Shown here in pieces: positions 1 through 12,109 of a stretch of 64,000 nucleotides of DNA. Source of the stretch: Octopus vulgaris (taxonomy: Eukaryota); contig OX597818.1 in NCBI GenBank assembly GCA_951406725.2, forward strand, positions 55,428,001 through 55,492,000, given 5' to 3'. The notes beneath the pieces were generated by a model. That model had not been told where the DNA came from. It was given only the letters and a program-made list of their open reading frames with translations, and did not search any database. The translations under genes were made by a program, and so were the position numbers. Numbering within the stretch: the first letter of the stretch is position 1; the number at the start of each line of letters is the position of its first letter.

Positions 1-283
1 TTTTTGTGACATTTCTCGTTCCTCTCAGACGTGCCTGGGTGACGTTTTCTCCATATTTTTCTGCCTTAATGGGATGCCAGTTCTCTAATGAGTCTTCACA
101 GCTCTTCTCTCTCCAACGTATGATTCGCTTCACAAATTTATCTCGCGAGGCACACAGTGCAGCCTTATACACACGCACAAACGCACCACACACGTACGAA
201 TACACTCGTACAAATATACATATATGCACGCACGTATACATACACGCATGCATGCATACACACACTGGTTATGATGATTTCTT

Positions 284-316
<33 letters not shown>

Positions 317-492
317 CGTTTAAATATTTGTTGTGCAAGATTTTTTATGTGAAGTCGTGTGTTGAAACAGATATTGTTATATTTCGGAATGGTCATATTG
401 CCAGTTTAGCCAATAAAAACACACGCACTATATATTTGGTGTTATTTTGCTTCAGTGATATTTATTTTTTACATTAATCTTAATCTTATTTC

Positions 493-537
493 GGCCAAAG
501 TTCTTTCGTCACACTCCTGTGACCGCATCAGTGGTCC
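493..537 (-). ncRNA. Variant type-I hammerhead motif (inverted pLTR copy)
   Basis: Reverse complement of 2008-2052. Confidence 0.6.
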
Positions 538-651
538 TTTGTTTTCTTCTCACTTACTTGTGTCTCTCCTTACTAACCGTCAGCCATTTTGTATTTCTAT
601 TGTATGTCTTCATTTGCGCATGCTTATATCTCTATGTGCGTCTATATTTTG

Positions 652-1476
652 ATGGCAGACCTCGTCAGAATAATGAGAAATGTGTCACGCATGTGCGAGC
701 CTACAGAATTAAAGAGACACATACAGTATTTCATTCACCGCATGCAGTTCTCAGGTTACAGCCATAAAGAAAGGATCAGAGTATACAAAGGAGCCATGAA
801 GAAATTTGATAATATATTATGTAATGATAGGAATGGGATTTGCCCACTCTATAGGAACAAGTCATGGAACACTATAGAAAGGACAAAAAAGAAAATAAGG
901 AAGGCCAACTCTTGGTATGATAGCCATAAATACCAGAGTGTCATGTTCGTTGACACCACCCCTGGAGGTGAACTAGCGTACCGCTTTAGAAGGACCCTAG
1001 ATAAACTTAAACTAAGAATTAAGGTTGTTGAAAAGCCAGGCAACCCTATCAGATCTATAATTGGTAGAACCTATCCTTTTAGTAGAACTCTCTGTACGGA
1101 TAACTATTGCACTGTATGTAGATTTAGCCCACAAACGAACTGTAAAGCCAGAAATGTGGTCTATAGTATAAGATGTATAGAGGGAAGATGCAGTAACAAG
1201 ACAGTAACATACGTAGGGGAAACTGCAAGAAGCATTGGTGAGCGGGTGAATGAACATTGGAGACAACTCAAGGAAGGTAAAAGCTCATCGATTCTGTACC
1301 AACACGCCGAACAAGAACACGGGGGATCAATCAATAACATAGAGATTAAGATATTGTCCACACATAGAACAGATGCAACAATTAGACAAATTACAGAAGC
1401 TACACATATAATAGAAAATAAACCTAGCCTGAATAGAAAACTAGAATGGAGCAATAGCGCACACCACAACATATGA
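652..1476 (+). pseudogene. PLE polyprotein C-terminal part: RT thumb, Cys-rich linker, GIY-YIG endonuclease (Neptune/Naiad-like)
   Basis: Open frame with linker CTDNYCTVC...NC, then VVYSIRC...[16 protein letters not shown]...[13 protein letters not shown]. The first ~21 codons of ORF 589..1476 come from the inverted pLTR, and the RT core is missing. Confidence 0.9.
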
Positions 1477-1660
1477 CAATAGTGGATCCTGCAAACATAA
1501 TAAATACACAGGTAATTAAAGAAATAGAAATGAATATCTATATGTATGTATATGTGTATATATATGTATATGTATATGTGTATATGTGTGTGTATATATG
1601 TATATATATATATGTATATGTATATGTATGTATATATATATATATGTATATGTATATTCT

Positions 1661-1695
<35 letters not shown>

Positions 1696-2007
1696 CTCGA
1701 TTAGATTTATTATTATTATTACTAATATTGTTGTTATACATACATACAAGCATATGTAATGATAATAATGGGTGGATGTAAACACATGAACAAAATTAGA
1801 ACAAAAGCAACAACAACAAAAACAAAATACAAATTACAAGAATGTATATAACCAGAAGATACAAATATTACAGACATCCCCCCTCCACACTAAATAAACA
1901 TAGACGCACATAGAGATATAAGCATGCGCAAATGAAGACATACAATAGAAATACAAAATGGCTGACGGTTAGTAAGGAGAGACACAAGTAAGTGAGAAGA
2001 AAACAAA

Positions 2008-2052
2008 GGACCACTGATGCGGTCACAGGAGTGTGACGAAAGAACTTTGGCC
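2008..2052 (+). ncRNA. Variant type-I hammerhead motif in 3' pLTR
   Basis: CCA-CTGATGCG-GTCAC(aggagt)GTGAC-GAAA-GAAC-TT-TGG. Stems I, II and III are in correct topology; A9 is replaced by C. Confidence 0.6.
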
Positions 2053-2166
2053 GAAATAAGATTAAGATTAATGTAAAAAATAAATATCACTGAAGCAAAA
2101 TAACACCAAATATATAGTGCGTGTGTTTTTATTGGCTAAACTGGCAATATGACCATTCCGAAATAT

Positions 2167-2218
<52 letters not shown>

Positions 2219-2298
2219 TTTATTTAAAGCATATTACTCTACCACTGGTATTTGAGTACTCTTTTTTCCACCTTGTTTCACATTTATGTGTTTACTCC

Positions 2299-2334
<36 letters not shown>

Positions 2335-2440
2335 AGATGAATTTCAATTAAATATACTAGAAGGAATCTTCTGTTCCACAGTATTTTTGTGACTCTCCAA
2401 CCTGTTCTTAGTGTTACTTGCACAGACGTACACCAATATA

Positions 2441-2999
2441 TTGGGTTGTCCGGAAAGTTCGTGCCGATTTATAGTAGTTTGCCTTTCGACTTATTTTAGA
2501 ACATGGTTGAGTCCATAAAATAGGATTTGACTACACCTCCATTTAGAGCAAAGTTTAAGCTATCTTTTCCTGAAAGAAGTTTTTATGTTCCTATAACCTG
2601 TGTTAATTTCTGTAACCCTTTAAAATGGAAGATAGGAAAGTTCATTTTCGGCACTTGATGCTTTGGGAACCACACAAAAATTGCTGCAGCTCGGCTGAGA
2701 TGTGTTACCCCACTCTCCATATTCACCAGGTATTGCTCCTTCGGATTTCCACTTATTCAGGTCTCTGCAGAATGGTAAAAATTTCAATTCCTTGGATGAC
2801 ATAAAAAGATACCTTGATGAATTCTTTGCCATGAAACTACCTCAATTCTGGGAAGAGGGTATTTTCAAGTTAAAGGAAAGATGGAGACGCATTTTGCAAC
2901 AAAATGGTTCATATTTGGTTGATTAAAAATGTAGTGGCAAGTATTTATTGACTTTTTTCTTTCCTTTAAAAATCGGCACGAACTTTCCGGACAACCCAA
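2441..2999 (+). mobile_element. Internally deleted mariner transposon
   Basis: TIR ttgggttgtccggaaagttcgtgccgattt with its inverse at 2970-2999, and TA on the left. ORF 2702-2926 encodes LPHSPYSPGIAPSDFHLFRSLQN, the mariner YSPDLAPxD motif. Confidence 0.92.
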
Positions 3000-3176
3000 A
3001 ATATATAATATATTAAGTGATAGAGCAAATAGAAAACCGTCTGGAAAAAAAATGCAGCAGCGATCTGCAACGGTAAAAATTAAGGTTTCATGTAAAACGG
3101 GAAGATTTTTCTCTCCTTCGTCCTGTCAAGTTTTCTCCTTCCTTCTCTCCTTCCTTCTCTCCTTCCTTCTCTCATC

Positions 3177-3216
3177 TTTCCTTTAAAAATTGGCACGAAC
3201 TTTCCGGACAACCCAA
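3177..3216 (+). mobile_element. Orphan right end of the same mariner family
   Basis: ctttaaaaattggcacgaactttccggacaacccaa+TA repeats the right TIR of 2441-2999. Confidence 0.8.
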
Positions 3217-4082
3217 TATATACATACACGTACACACACATATACGCGCACACACAGATACACACGAGGCACGAGCACGCATATATACGTACGCGCGTGC
3301 ACACAACCACATGCTAAGCAGCATGAGAATAAGAGGCAAAATCAACACCAGATGTATACGAACTCTCAACACCGACGTTTCGAACATGTATATAGAAATA
3401 GGTAGGGTATTTGTGAACCCAATTTTAGCGGGTCACAACTGGAAGGTAACCAATCCAAGACGATGTTGCACGTTAGGGGGTCACGTTTTACCTTGGGCCC
3501 TACTCGCGGTTTTAGCTTCCAGCTGCAATGATTTGGAGATCATCAGCGTCTTGAATATGGCCAGGTCTTTTGTGATTAAGGGCCCAGAATAGCCCTTAGA
3601 TTTGCCTCTCCCTCCTCCAGACTCCCAAGCCTATTCAGACTTTTACAGTAAACCCAAAAGTGTCACACTTATAAAAGTGATGTCCGTGGCGAACCAACCT
3701 CTCCACCACTACTGCTACTTACTTTACCGGTCTCTTTTTGCCGAACTGTTGGGCAGTGGAGACTGGTTAATATCGCTTGTCAAGTGGTGAGAGGCAAACA
3801 CACACAAACGCACCATGCGTTCCCTCAGTTTCACTCACAAGGCATTGGTCTGTTTGAGTATGTAGAAAAAGACATTTTCTCAAGGTGCCGTGCAGTGGAA
3901 TAGAAACCGAAACATGATAACTCGGCTTTCTTAGCCACACTGCCGTACCTGTAAACACTTTACGTACATCTTTATCAAACAATTATACCATTAAATCCAT
4001 ACTAAGCAGCTTAAAAGTTAAACTATTCAGTTTAACGCTCATATCAGCCCCAGCCCAGGGTGAGACTCTCTCTCTCCCCACA

Positions 4083-4156
<74 letters not shown>

Positions 4157-4268
4157 CACACACACTCACACACACACATATTCTATTACATTTTTCAGCC
4201 CTTAAGTTGTTGCTATGCTGGGGCACCAATTGGCCACACATAAGGTATGCACTCTGCTTATTCACTGA

Positions 4269-4363
4269 TAGGCTGCAAATTTGCGCGGTGTGGATGACTG
4301 CTTCATGACATCCCCACCGGACGCGTTATGGGAGTCATCTCCACCGCGCTAAACCGCAGTCTA
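4269..4363 (+). ncRNA. Candidate pri-/pre-microRNA hairpin
   Basis: About 35-bp stem: taggctgc/gcagtcta, gcgcggtg/caccgcgc, gatgact/agtcatc, ttcatgac/gttatggg. 15-nt apical region, five G:U pairs (plus-strand specific), CNNC (CGAC) at 4365-4368. Unique within the window. Confidence 0.55.
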
Positions 4364-4455
4364 CCGACGAACAAGCGAAGCACATACATTATGTGTGTGG
4401 CCGCTGCTTCTGATTCATATTTGAATTTATTTCACGCCCACCACTCAACACATAT

Positions 4456-4630
4456 GGCGATGAGCTGGCGGATTCATTAGCACGTCGAGCAAAATACTTA
4501 AGAGTACTTCTTCCGGCTGTTCATGTCGAGTTCAAAACCCACCGAGGTCAACGTTGGCTTTCATCTCTTCGGAGTCGATAAAATAAAGTATTGCTCAAGT
4601 AATGGGGCCCGATTTAATCGACTTGTCCCC
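4456..4630 (+). mobile_element. Diverged SINE family B copy
   Basis: ggcgatgagctggcgga...gagttcaaa...gaggtcaac matches the family B head seen many times in the window. Confidence 0.7.
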
Positions 4631-5150
4631 ACTCCCGTCAGCATTCCTGACCTAGAACCCTGTAACGGGCCGGCATCCTTTTCAGCGATTTTGTTCTGAT
4701 GTCGGCCACTTAATCGCCAAAGAAAGAAAGAAAAATACACATTCTTTAATCTTTCTTGCAAGTGTTTATTCACAACCCTCGTGTGTTTACAGTATTTTTT
4801 AATTTCATTTCTGTTATTGACATCTCGTCCTCTCTCTGTTACTGTAAAACAGCTCACTTCAAAAATAAAAAATAAAGAAAATTCAAATTCAGATTTTTAC
4901 AGACTGCAAAGCATGCATTTTGAGAAAAAATTTTACTTTGGCAAAATATACAAGCATCCTTGACATAGCATACAATATGACAATGTCAAATACTAGGTTG
5001 GTGACAATTATTGGATTAATCCATAAACTGTTGGATTTACTAGTTACAGACGAACTGAAAAAGGGCCAGCGAGGGGGGTGGGTCATCCAAATTACTGTAA
5101 ATAGTCAAATCGCCAACAAATTACCCCCATGCAGTCTAAGGAAAGCAATG

Positions 5151-5767
5151 GGATCTTTTACCTTTTGACCTACAGATTTAAAACACAATTTTTTGTAATT
5201 AAACACTTTCAAACTGGTACAATGTGTCATATAAAATATCTTTTACTGTTAGTATTTTTGAGAAAAGCTTATATTTACGAAGTTATTTCACGTTAAAGTT
5301 GTCCTGTTTCGGTAATTTCAACCAATCAATGATGTGTATTCAGCTGAATAAAATTACTGCTGCTGTTTGGCAACAAGAACTTCCGGCGGTGTATATGTCG
5401 TTTGTCACTGTTATTTATGACAACCTTAACCCTACCCCCCCCCCTCCAACCCTAACCCCTTAAAGCTAAAACCAGTACAAACGCACGAACGATAAATAAC
5501 AGTGACAAACGAAATATACACCGCCGGAATTTGTTGTTGACAAACAACGGCAGTAATTTTATTCAGCTGAATACACGTCATTGATTGGTTGAAATTACCG
5601 AAATATTACAACTTTAACGTGAAATAACTTCCTAAATATAAGCTTTTCTCAAAAACGCTAAGAGTAAAAGATGTTTTATATAACACATTCTACCACTGTC
5701 TGAAGTTTGAAAGTGTTTCGTTACAAAAAATTATTTTTTAAATCTGTAGATCAAAAGGTAAAGATCC
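5151..5767. mobile_element. Long-TIR MITE (GG...CC ends, 8-bp TSD; Merlin- or Mutator-like)
   Basis: About 265-bp inverted arms (ggatcttttaccttttga / tcaaaaggtaaagatcc). Exact TSD AAGCAATG at 5143-5150 and 5768-5775. Confidence 0.9.
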
Positions 5768-6799
5768 AAGCAATGTAGTTTTGCTAGACTAGAATTAAAC
5801 ATTTACAGAAAATAAGCACATATTTATTGTACAAAGAAAAATAGGGTTTTTTTTACCACCAAAATCTGGATTTGCTATGGAGATAATGATAAAGTTGAGC
5901 CAAAAGTCCACAAAAATGGAAAGACTCTGCATTATAATTTCATATAATTTGTTGATAATATCTGTAATTATTTAGTGTTTATTATATATATATATATATA
6001 TAATAGAAAGACAAAGGAGCAGGAATTACATCATCAACTTCATTAGCTTACAGTTGTTTCTGCTATAGAACCAATGTACCCAGAGCTGCATGCTTGTGCC
6101 ATTAATATGAGATGCATGATTATTTTGGAAAGTATATGTATATTGAGCCCTAACAACTGATTATTAGTATACCTATGCCTAACCGAAATTTCTGTGTGTG
6201 TGTGCAGCGCAGTTGTAGCGCTTCTCAACCATATGGTTCTGGGTTCAGTTCCACTGCGTGACACCCTGACTAAGTGTTTTCTATTATAACCTCGAGCCGA
6301 TCAAAGGCTTATGAGAGAATTTGGTAGGCGGAAACTTAAAGAAGTCCTCGTGTGTGTGTGTGTGTGTGTACATATACACATACCCATACACACGACCGCA
6401 TCGAAAGACGTTGAAAACTATAGGGACGATGCTATGGCGTTGGTAATATCGGAGAAAGTGTTGCATGTTGTTATAAGGAACAATTGTGTGAGTGTGGTCA
6501 GCAAAAACAATCCCTTAAACTGACCAGTATTGATCACCCCCTCCCTTTCTTTGACCCCTTCCCTTCTTAAGCATCCGCAACAACCGCTTTACTACCCTGT
6601 CCTACCATTACCATTCCGTACTCTGTCCTCGCTCTCATGGACTAAAGGCCATAGAACTACACTATTCTAGATATATAAAAGAGAGGATGGCATGGCTGGA
6701 ATGCCTTTGATTTTAGGTTTGCTCAGTCAGGTTTCACTCGAGATTAATCAACATGAACTTCCATAACATTCTATATCTCGCTTCTTTAACCCCGCGAGT

Positions 6800-7120
6800 A
6801 GGCGCATGGCTTAATGGTTTGGGTACTCGGCTCACAATCGTAAGGTGGTGAGTTCGATTCTTGGTGGTGTGCGTTGTGTCCTTGAGCAAGATACTTTATT
6901 TCACCGTTGCTCCAGTCTACTCAGCTTGGCAAAAATGAGTAGTACCTGTATTTCAAAGTTGCCGACCCTGTCACCTTCTGTATCGCGCTGAATCTCCCTG
7001 AGAAATATGTGAAGGGTACGCGTGTCTGTGGAGTGCTCAGCCACTTGCACGTTAATTTCTCGAGCAGGCAGTTCCGTCGATCGAATCAACCGGAACCCTC
7101 GTCGACGTAACCGACAGAAC
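6800..7120 (+). mobile_element. Older SINE related to family C
   Basis: tRNA-like head (tggcttaatgg A-box, gttcgattc B-box). Its 3' half is shared with family C; a similar copy lies at ~39520-39805. Confidence 0.75.
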
Positions 7121-7764
7121 ACCAGTACTTTTTTCTCCCCCTCTTTAACACCAGGAGGCTTTACACTGAGCCAAACCAACCACGACATTGCGAGTGTATG
7201 AACATATGTGAAATACAACTCACAAAACGACGAGTTTAGAAAATGGAAGCTGGCCGATTCTTTAATTCTGTAGAAAATCTGCTTCATTTGGTTAGCTTTC
7301 TTTTTTTGTCTTCGTTGATCAGCTGGAGACATCTGTTGGGAACGAGGGTGCTTTGACCTAGTTGGCACCGAGCAATCACATGGTGAGCATACGAGTTTAT
7401 CGTACGACTTATGTAGTTTCAGCTGCAATAAACAGCGCTACGGCAAGTGACTAATGGCTGCTGTGACATCTGCATCTGATTTTGTCGGCGAGTTTTCTGT
7501 CCTTCGCATCTTTCGAACTTTTTTTCCTTTATTTCTTAGCCAGATGCTGTAAGAAACACTTTTGTCTAGCAGAGTCAGTTCATCTCTGCTGTCAACAAAT
7601 TAATGAATCAACGGGGAATCTTTATGTGGTGGTATCATCTACTAGAAATAGCAGCTAAATTTTCTTAAAATCACGTCCTAAAAATAGAGATAAGTTCTAG
7701 ATACATCATATTAGTAGAAAATAAAATGTGTTAAAGCTTCTTTATTTGCTCGATTTGCTAATTT

Positions 7765-8140
7765 TCTTTTCCACTCTAGGCACAAGGCTCGAAATTTGAG
7801 GGGAGGGGGCCAGTAGATTAGATCGACCCCAGTACGCAACTGGTACTTAATTTAGTTCTATATTTAAGAGATGAGGAATTATGTACATTATTTACATTCG
7901 ACGGATATTTGTCCTCATCTTGTTTGTTGTTAACGCAACGTTTCCCCCAAGACATCTGATGAAGGCTGGAGGGTATATCATCCGAAACGTTGTGTTAACA
8001 ACAAACAAAATGAGGAAAAATATCTGTCGAATGTAAATAATGTAAATAATGGTACTTAACTTATCTACCCCGAAAGGATGAAAGGTAAAGTCGACCGCTA
8101 AGCATATCGCCCGGCGTGCTACCGTTTCTGCTCGCCGCCT
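7765..8140 (-). mobile_element. SINE family B interrupted by a hammerhead-bearing palindromic insert
   Basis: Family B sequence at 7765-7853 resumes at 8050. tggtacttaa is duplicated at 7841-7850 and 8050-8059. Confidence 0.8.
7951..7996 (+). ncRNA. Minimal type-I hammerhead ribozyme
   Basis: GACAT-CTGATGA-A-GGCTG(gagggtatat)CATCC-GAAA-CG-TT-GTGTT. Intact core, palindromic ACGT stem III, one mismatch in stem II. Confidence 0.8.
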
Positions 8141-8428
8141 TGCTAATATTGCCTTACTCAATTTGCTAATATTGTCTGTTTCCAACTAATCCCTGGTTGT
8201 CGGCTAAACAATCTAATGCAATCCATTGATGCTGTCCCCGCCAAGTTTAAGACTACACTACATATGGCTTATAAGTTAATGAATATTTTTGCCACAGGGG
8301 TAACAGCTATATTTTTGAGCACCCAAGTGAAGCACGGTCTAAGTACCATCAAGACGATCTTGACGGTACTTCTTTCATAGTTCAGGTTTTGGCTTCACAG
8401 AGAAGAATAATCAAATACTCATTACATA

Positions 8429-8593
8429 GGCGTAGGAGTGGCTGTGTGGTAAGTATCTTGCTTACCAACCACATGGTTCTGGGTTCAGTCCCACTGCGTG
8501 GCACCTTGGGCAAGTGTCTTCTATAGCTCGGGCCGACCAAAGCCTTGTGAGTGGATTTGGTAGACAGAAACTGAAAGAGGCCCGTCGTGTATA

Positions 8594-8650
<57 letters not shown>

Positions 8651-8870
8651 ATATGTTTGTGTGTCTGTCTCCCCCCAACATTGCTTGATAATCGATACTG
8701 GTGTGCTTACGTTCCTGTAACTTAGCGGTTCTGCAAAAAGAGACCGATAGAATAAGTACTAGGCTTCCAAAGAATAAGTCCTAGTGGTCGATTTGCTCGA
8801 CTAAAGGAGGTGCTTTAGCATGGCCGCAGTCAAATGACTGAAACAAGTAAAAGAGAGAAAAGAGAAAGAG
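8429..8870 (+). mobile_element. tRNA-derived SINE family A (full length)
   Basis: Head ggcgtaggagtggctgtgtggtaag...gggttcagtccc, internal (TA)/(TG) tract, tail gactgaaacaagtaaaagag. More than 15 copies in the window; resembles described octopus tRNA-SINEs. Confidence 0.9.
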
Positions 8871-9169
8871 AAATAGGCCCTCGATTGCTAAATGTTCTGA
8901 ACCTTGTTGCAGGCATTCCAGGCTACTCCCTTGCATGTAAAAAATGTTTTTATTGCCTGCAAAATAGGAGCCAATTATTCTTGAAATCACCGACCTCCTT
9001 GAAATGTTGGAACATTTGGGGAATGGCTTTCATCTTTACTAAAAGCAAAGAGGAAATTTATAGACATTCCATCATTTCTCCCATTATTGCGCAACATAGA
9101 AGAGAAGACTTTGTTGATCATCGCTCTCATTCTGAACAGCAGGCCACATCAGATGTTATATTTTTCGAT

Positions 9170-9486
9170 GGAGGCGCAATGGCCCAGTGGTTAGGGCAGC
9201 GGACTCGCGGTCATAGGATCGCGGTTTCGATTCCCAGACCGGGCGTTGTGAGTGTTTATTGAGCGAAAACACCTAAAGCTCCACGAGGCTCCGGCAGGGG
9301 ATGGTGGTGATCCCTGCTGTACTCTTTCACCACAACTTTCTCTCACTCTTTCTTCCTGTTTCTGTTGTACCTGTATTTCAAAGGGCCGGCCTTGTCACTC
9401 TCTGTGTCACGCTGAATATCCCCGAGAACTACGTTAAGGGTACACGTGTCTGTGGAGTGTTCAACCACTTACACGTTAATTTCACG
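9170..9486 (+). mobile_element. tRNA-derived SINE family C (3'-truncated)
   Basis: ggaggcgcaatggcccagtggttagggcagc...gtttcgattccc head; near-identical to 9861-10250, 25650-26030 and 57304-57691. Confidence 0.9.
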
Positions 9487-9860
9487 TACATTTGTCCCCC
9501 CAACATCGCTTGATGTCCCCTTAACATCGTCTGTGTGTATATGTTTGTGTGTCTGTGTTTGTCCCCCGAACATCGCTTGACAACCGATGCTGGTGTGTTT
9601 ACGTCCCCGTCACTTAGCGGTTCGGCAAAAGAGACCGATAGAATAAGTACTAGGCTTACATAGAATAAGTCCCGGGGTCGAGTTGCTCGACTAAAGGCGG
9701 TGCTCCAGCATGGCCGCAGTCAAATGACTGAAACAAGTAAAAGAGAAAAGAGAAAGAGCCTAAGTTCAAATTCCGGTGGTGGTAGTACCTCCAACACCGA
9801 TCACATTGACTCTCCCTACAACAAAGGGGCGACGACACGCTAACATCACTTCATTCACAA

Positions 9861-10250
9861 TGGATGGATGGAAGCACTCCGTCGGTTACGACGACGAGGG
9901 TTCCGGTTGATCCGAATCAACGGAACAGCCTGCTCGTGAAATTAACGTGTAAGTGGTTGAACACTCTACAGACACGTGTACTCTTAACGTAGTTCTCGGG
10001 GATATTCAGCGTGACACAGAGAGTGACAAGGCCGGCCCTTTGAAATACAGGTACAACAGAAGCAGGAAGTAAGAGTGAGAGAAAGTTGTTGTGAAAGAGT
10101 ACAGCAGGGATCACCACCACCCCTGCCGGAGCCTCGTGGAGATTTAGGTGTTTTCGCTCAATAAACACTCACAACGCCCGGTCTGGGAATCGAAACCGCG
10201 ATCCTATGACCGCGAGTCCGCTGCCCTAACCACTGGGCCATTGCGCCTCC
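9861..10250 (-). mobile_element. SINE family C (full length) with TSD
   Basis: TSD acttcattcacaa at 9848-9860 and 10256-10268; short (TCCA)n tail. Confidence 0.92.
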
Positions 10251-10619
10251 ACACAACTTCATTCACAAAGAAAGATTACGAACGACAAAACATCTAATTG
10301 AGGAGTTAGGAACTTATTTTTTCTAAACAAACTGTAAAGAATGCGTGAAAATATGAAGAAAAAAAAGACCCTGATAAAAAGATAAAACCAGAACGCAGTT
10401 GTGCTTTGAATACAACATATGTAATGGTGTGTGTGTGCGTCTGTCTATATTCGTAACGCACGTGTGTGTGTCTGTGTGTTTGTGACTGTATGTGATGAAT
10501 GTGTAGTGTGTTACATGTTGCTCCAGGGGTAATTCTCTAGAGATCTCCAATCTGTTGCACCGAGAGTACTGATTATAACAAAACTTTCGTCATTCACCAA
10601 AACCTTCTCTTTCCCTCCA

Positions 10620-10789
10620 CACACTCACATATGTTTGTGTGTGTGCGTGTGTGTGTGTGTGTGTTTGTGTGTGCGTACGTGCGTGTGTATGTGTGTGTGT
10701 GTGCGTACGTGCGTGTGTGTGTGTGTGTGTGCAAACAGCTCATATGTGTGTATATACACACATATATTAATGTATGTTTGCATACAAAT

Positions 10790-10824
<35 letters not shown>

Positions 10825-11263
10825 GTACACAGACAGACGTGTAACATATATTAATCTATGTGTGCGAATATATAAGGATTTTGTACGCATACACACGCAC
10901 ACACACACACATACACACATACACGAAGTACGTATATGTTTAAACACATACCAACACATACTTTCATAGACACACAAAATTCAAGCTTACAGATGCACAT
11001 ACAAAATATATACACATACATACACACATACACATGCATACATAGACACATACATACATGCATACACACATACATACATACACACACACACACATACAAA
11101 CAAAAATACCTACATATATAATACATACATACATACACACATACATACATACATACATACATACATACAAACAAAAATACCTACATACATAATACATATA
11201 TACATCCATCCATCCATCCATCCATACATACATACATACATACATATATAATACATACATACA

Positions 11264-11299
<36 letters not shown>

Positions 11300-11413
11300 T
11301 ATATATAATACATACATATATATATATATATAATACATACATATATATATAATACATACATATATATATATAATACATACATACATACATACATACATAC
11401 ATACATACATACA

Positions 11414-11442
<29 letters not shown>
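10620..11442. repeat. Compound (TG)n/(TA)n/(CA)n/(CATA)n microsatellite field
   Basis: Directly visible. Confidence 0.95.
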
Positions 11443-11444
<2 letters not shown>

Positions 11445-11459
11445 GCAGTTACAAAAAAT

Positions 11460-11960
11460 GCCACGCATGTCCGCCCCCGCCATTCGAGCCATCTCCACCG
11501 CTGCAATGGTGTCACGCCGTTAGGTCGATGAAGCCTTTACATATTTTGATAACATTCGGCTTCTTCCTGTCGAAAATGGTTTTCAGCTCGCGTCCTTCAG
11601 TGGTACACGTTGCCCTCACAACTGGTGAACTCCACGTAGTTCGACAGCCGGGTTTATTCTGCGCATACCGTAATCTAGAGTGGCACGTACGCACGCACGC
11701 ACGCACCCCCACTTTCTCTCTCATGCACATCCACACGCATGTTTTTTTGTTGTTTTTTTGTTTTGATTTTTTTTAATGCTTTAGTGAGCAGGAAGGAGCT
11801 GTGTTCTGTGACCTTTGCAAGTCCCCCGAAACCGCTGAGATTGATGTGGTTGATGTACGGTTTGAACATCCTGTAAATCGATGTCGACAGCCAAATAAAA
11901 AAAAAAAAGGAGGTTGGTCGAGAGCTCCAGAACGTTGACATTGGTGGGGTGAAAGGGTTA
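11460..11960 (-). mobile_element. Possible decayed L1/Tx1-like ORF2 C-terminus
   Basis: Weak protein-level resemblance only (CQRSG... zinc-knuckle-like segment, terminal ..MARMAG); frameshifted. Confidence 0.3.
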
Positions 11961-12109
11961 GGACAGTGTTTCTCAACGAGGGTCTACATGACCTTTGCGG
12001 GTCCGTATAAGATTTTGTAGTTAAACTTTATCTGCAATAACTTGGTTATGCTGCTTCACCATTCAAAATATTTCAACAACTTTTTTTTGTTATTCAATTC
12101 CTAACAATA

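Larger units (their letters stand above)
325..2174 (+). mobile_element. 5'-truncated Penelope-like retroelement with inverted pLTR
   Basis: 371-649 is a near-perfect inverted copy of 1896-2174. These arms flank an RT C-terminus/GIY-YIG ORF, each carries a hammerhead motif, and the element sits between (TA)n tracts. Inverted pLTR at a truncated 5' end is established PLE architecture. Confidence 0.92.

Noticed and set aside
4269-4363. SECIS or MITE reading of the hairpin
   Set aside because: No apical AA and no GA quartet partner for a SECIS; no TSD or second copy for a MITE.
6901-7428. 175-aa minus-strand ORF
   Set aside because: About half overlaps a SINE; the remainder has no recognisable motif.
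9170-9245. tRNA-like sequences with A and B boxes
   Set aside because: They are SINE heads continuing into SINE bodies with TSDs; no complete cloverleaf.
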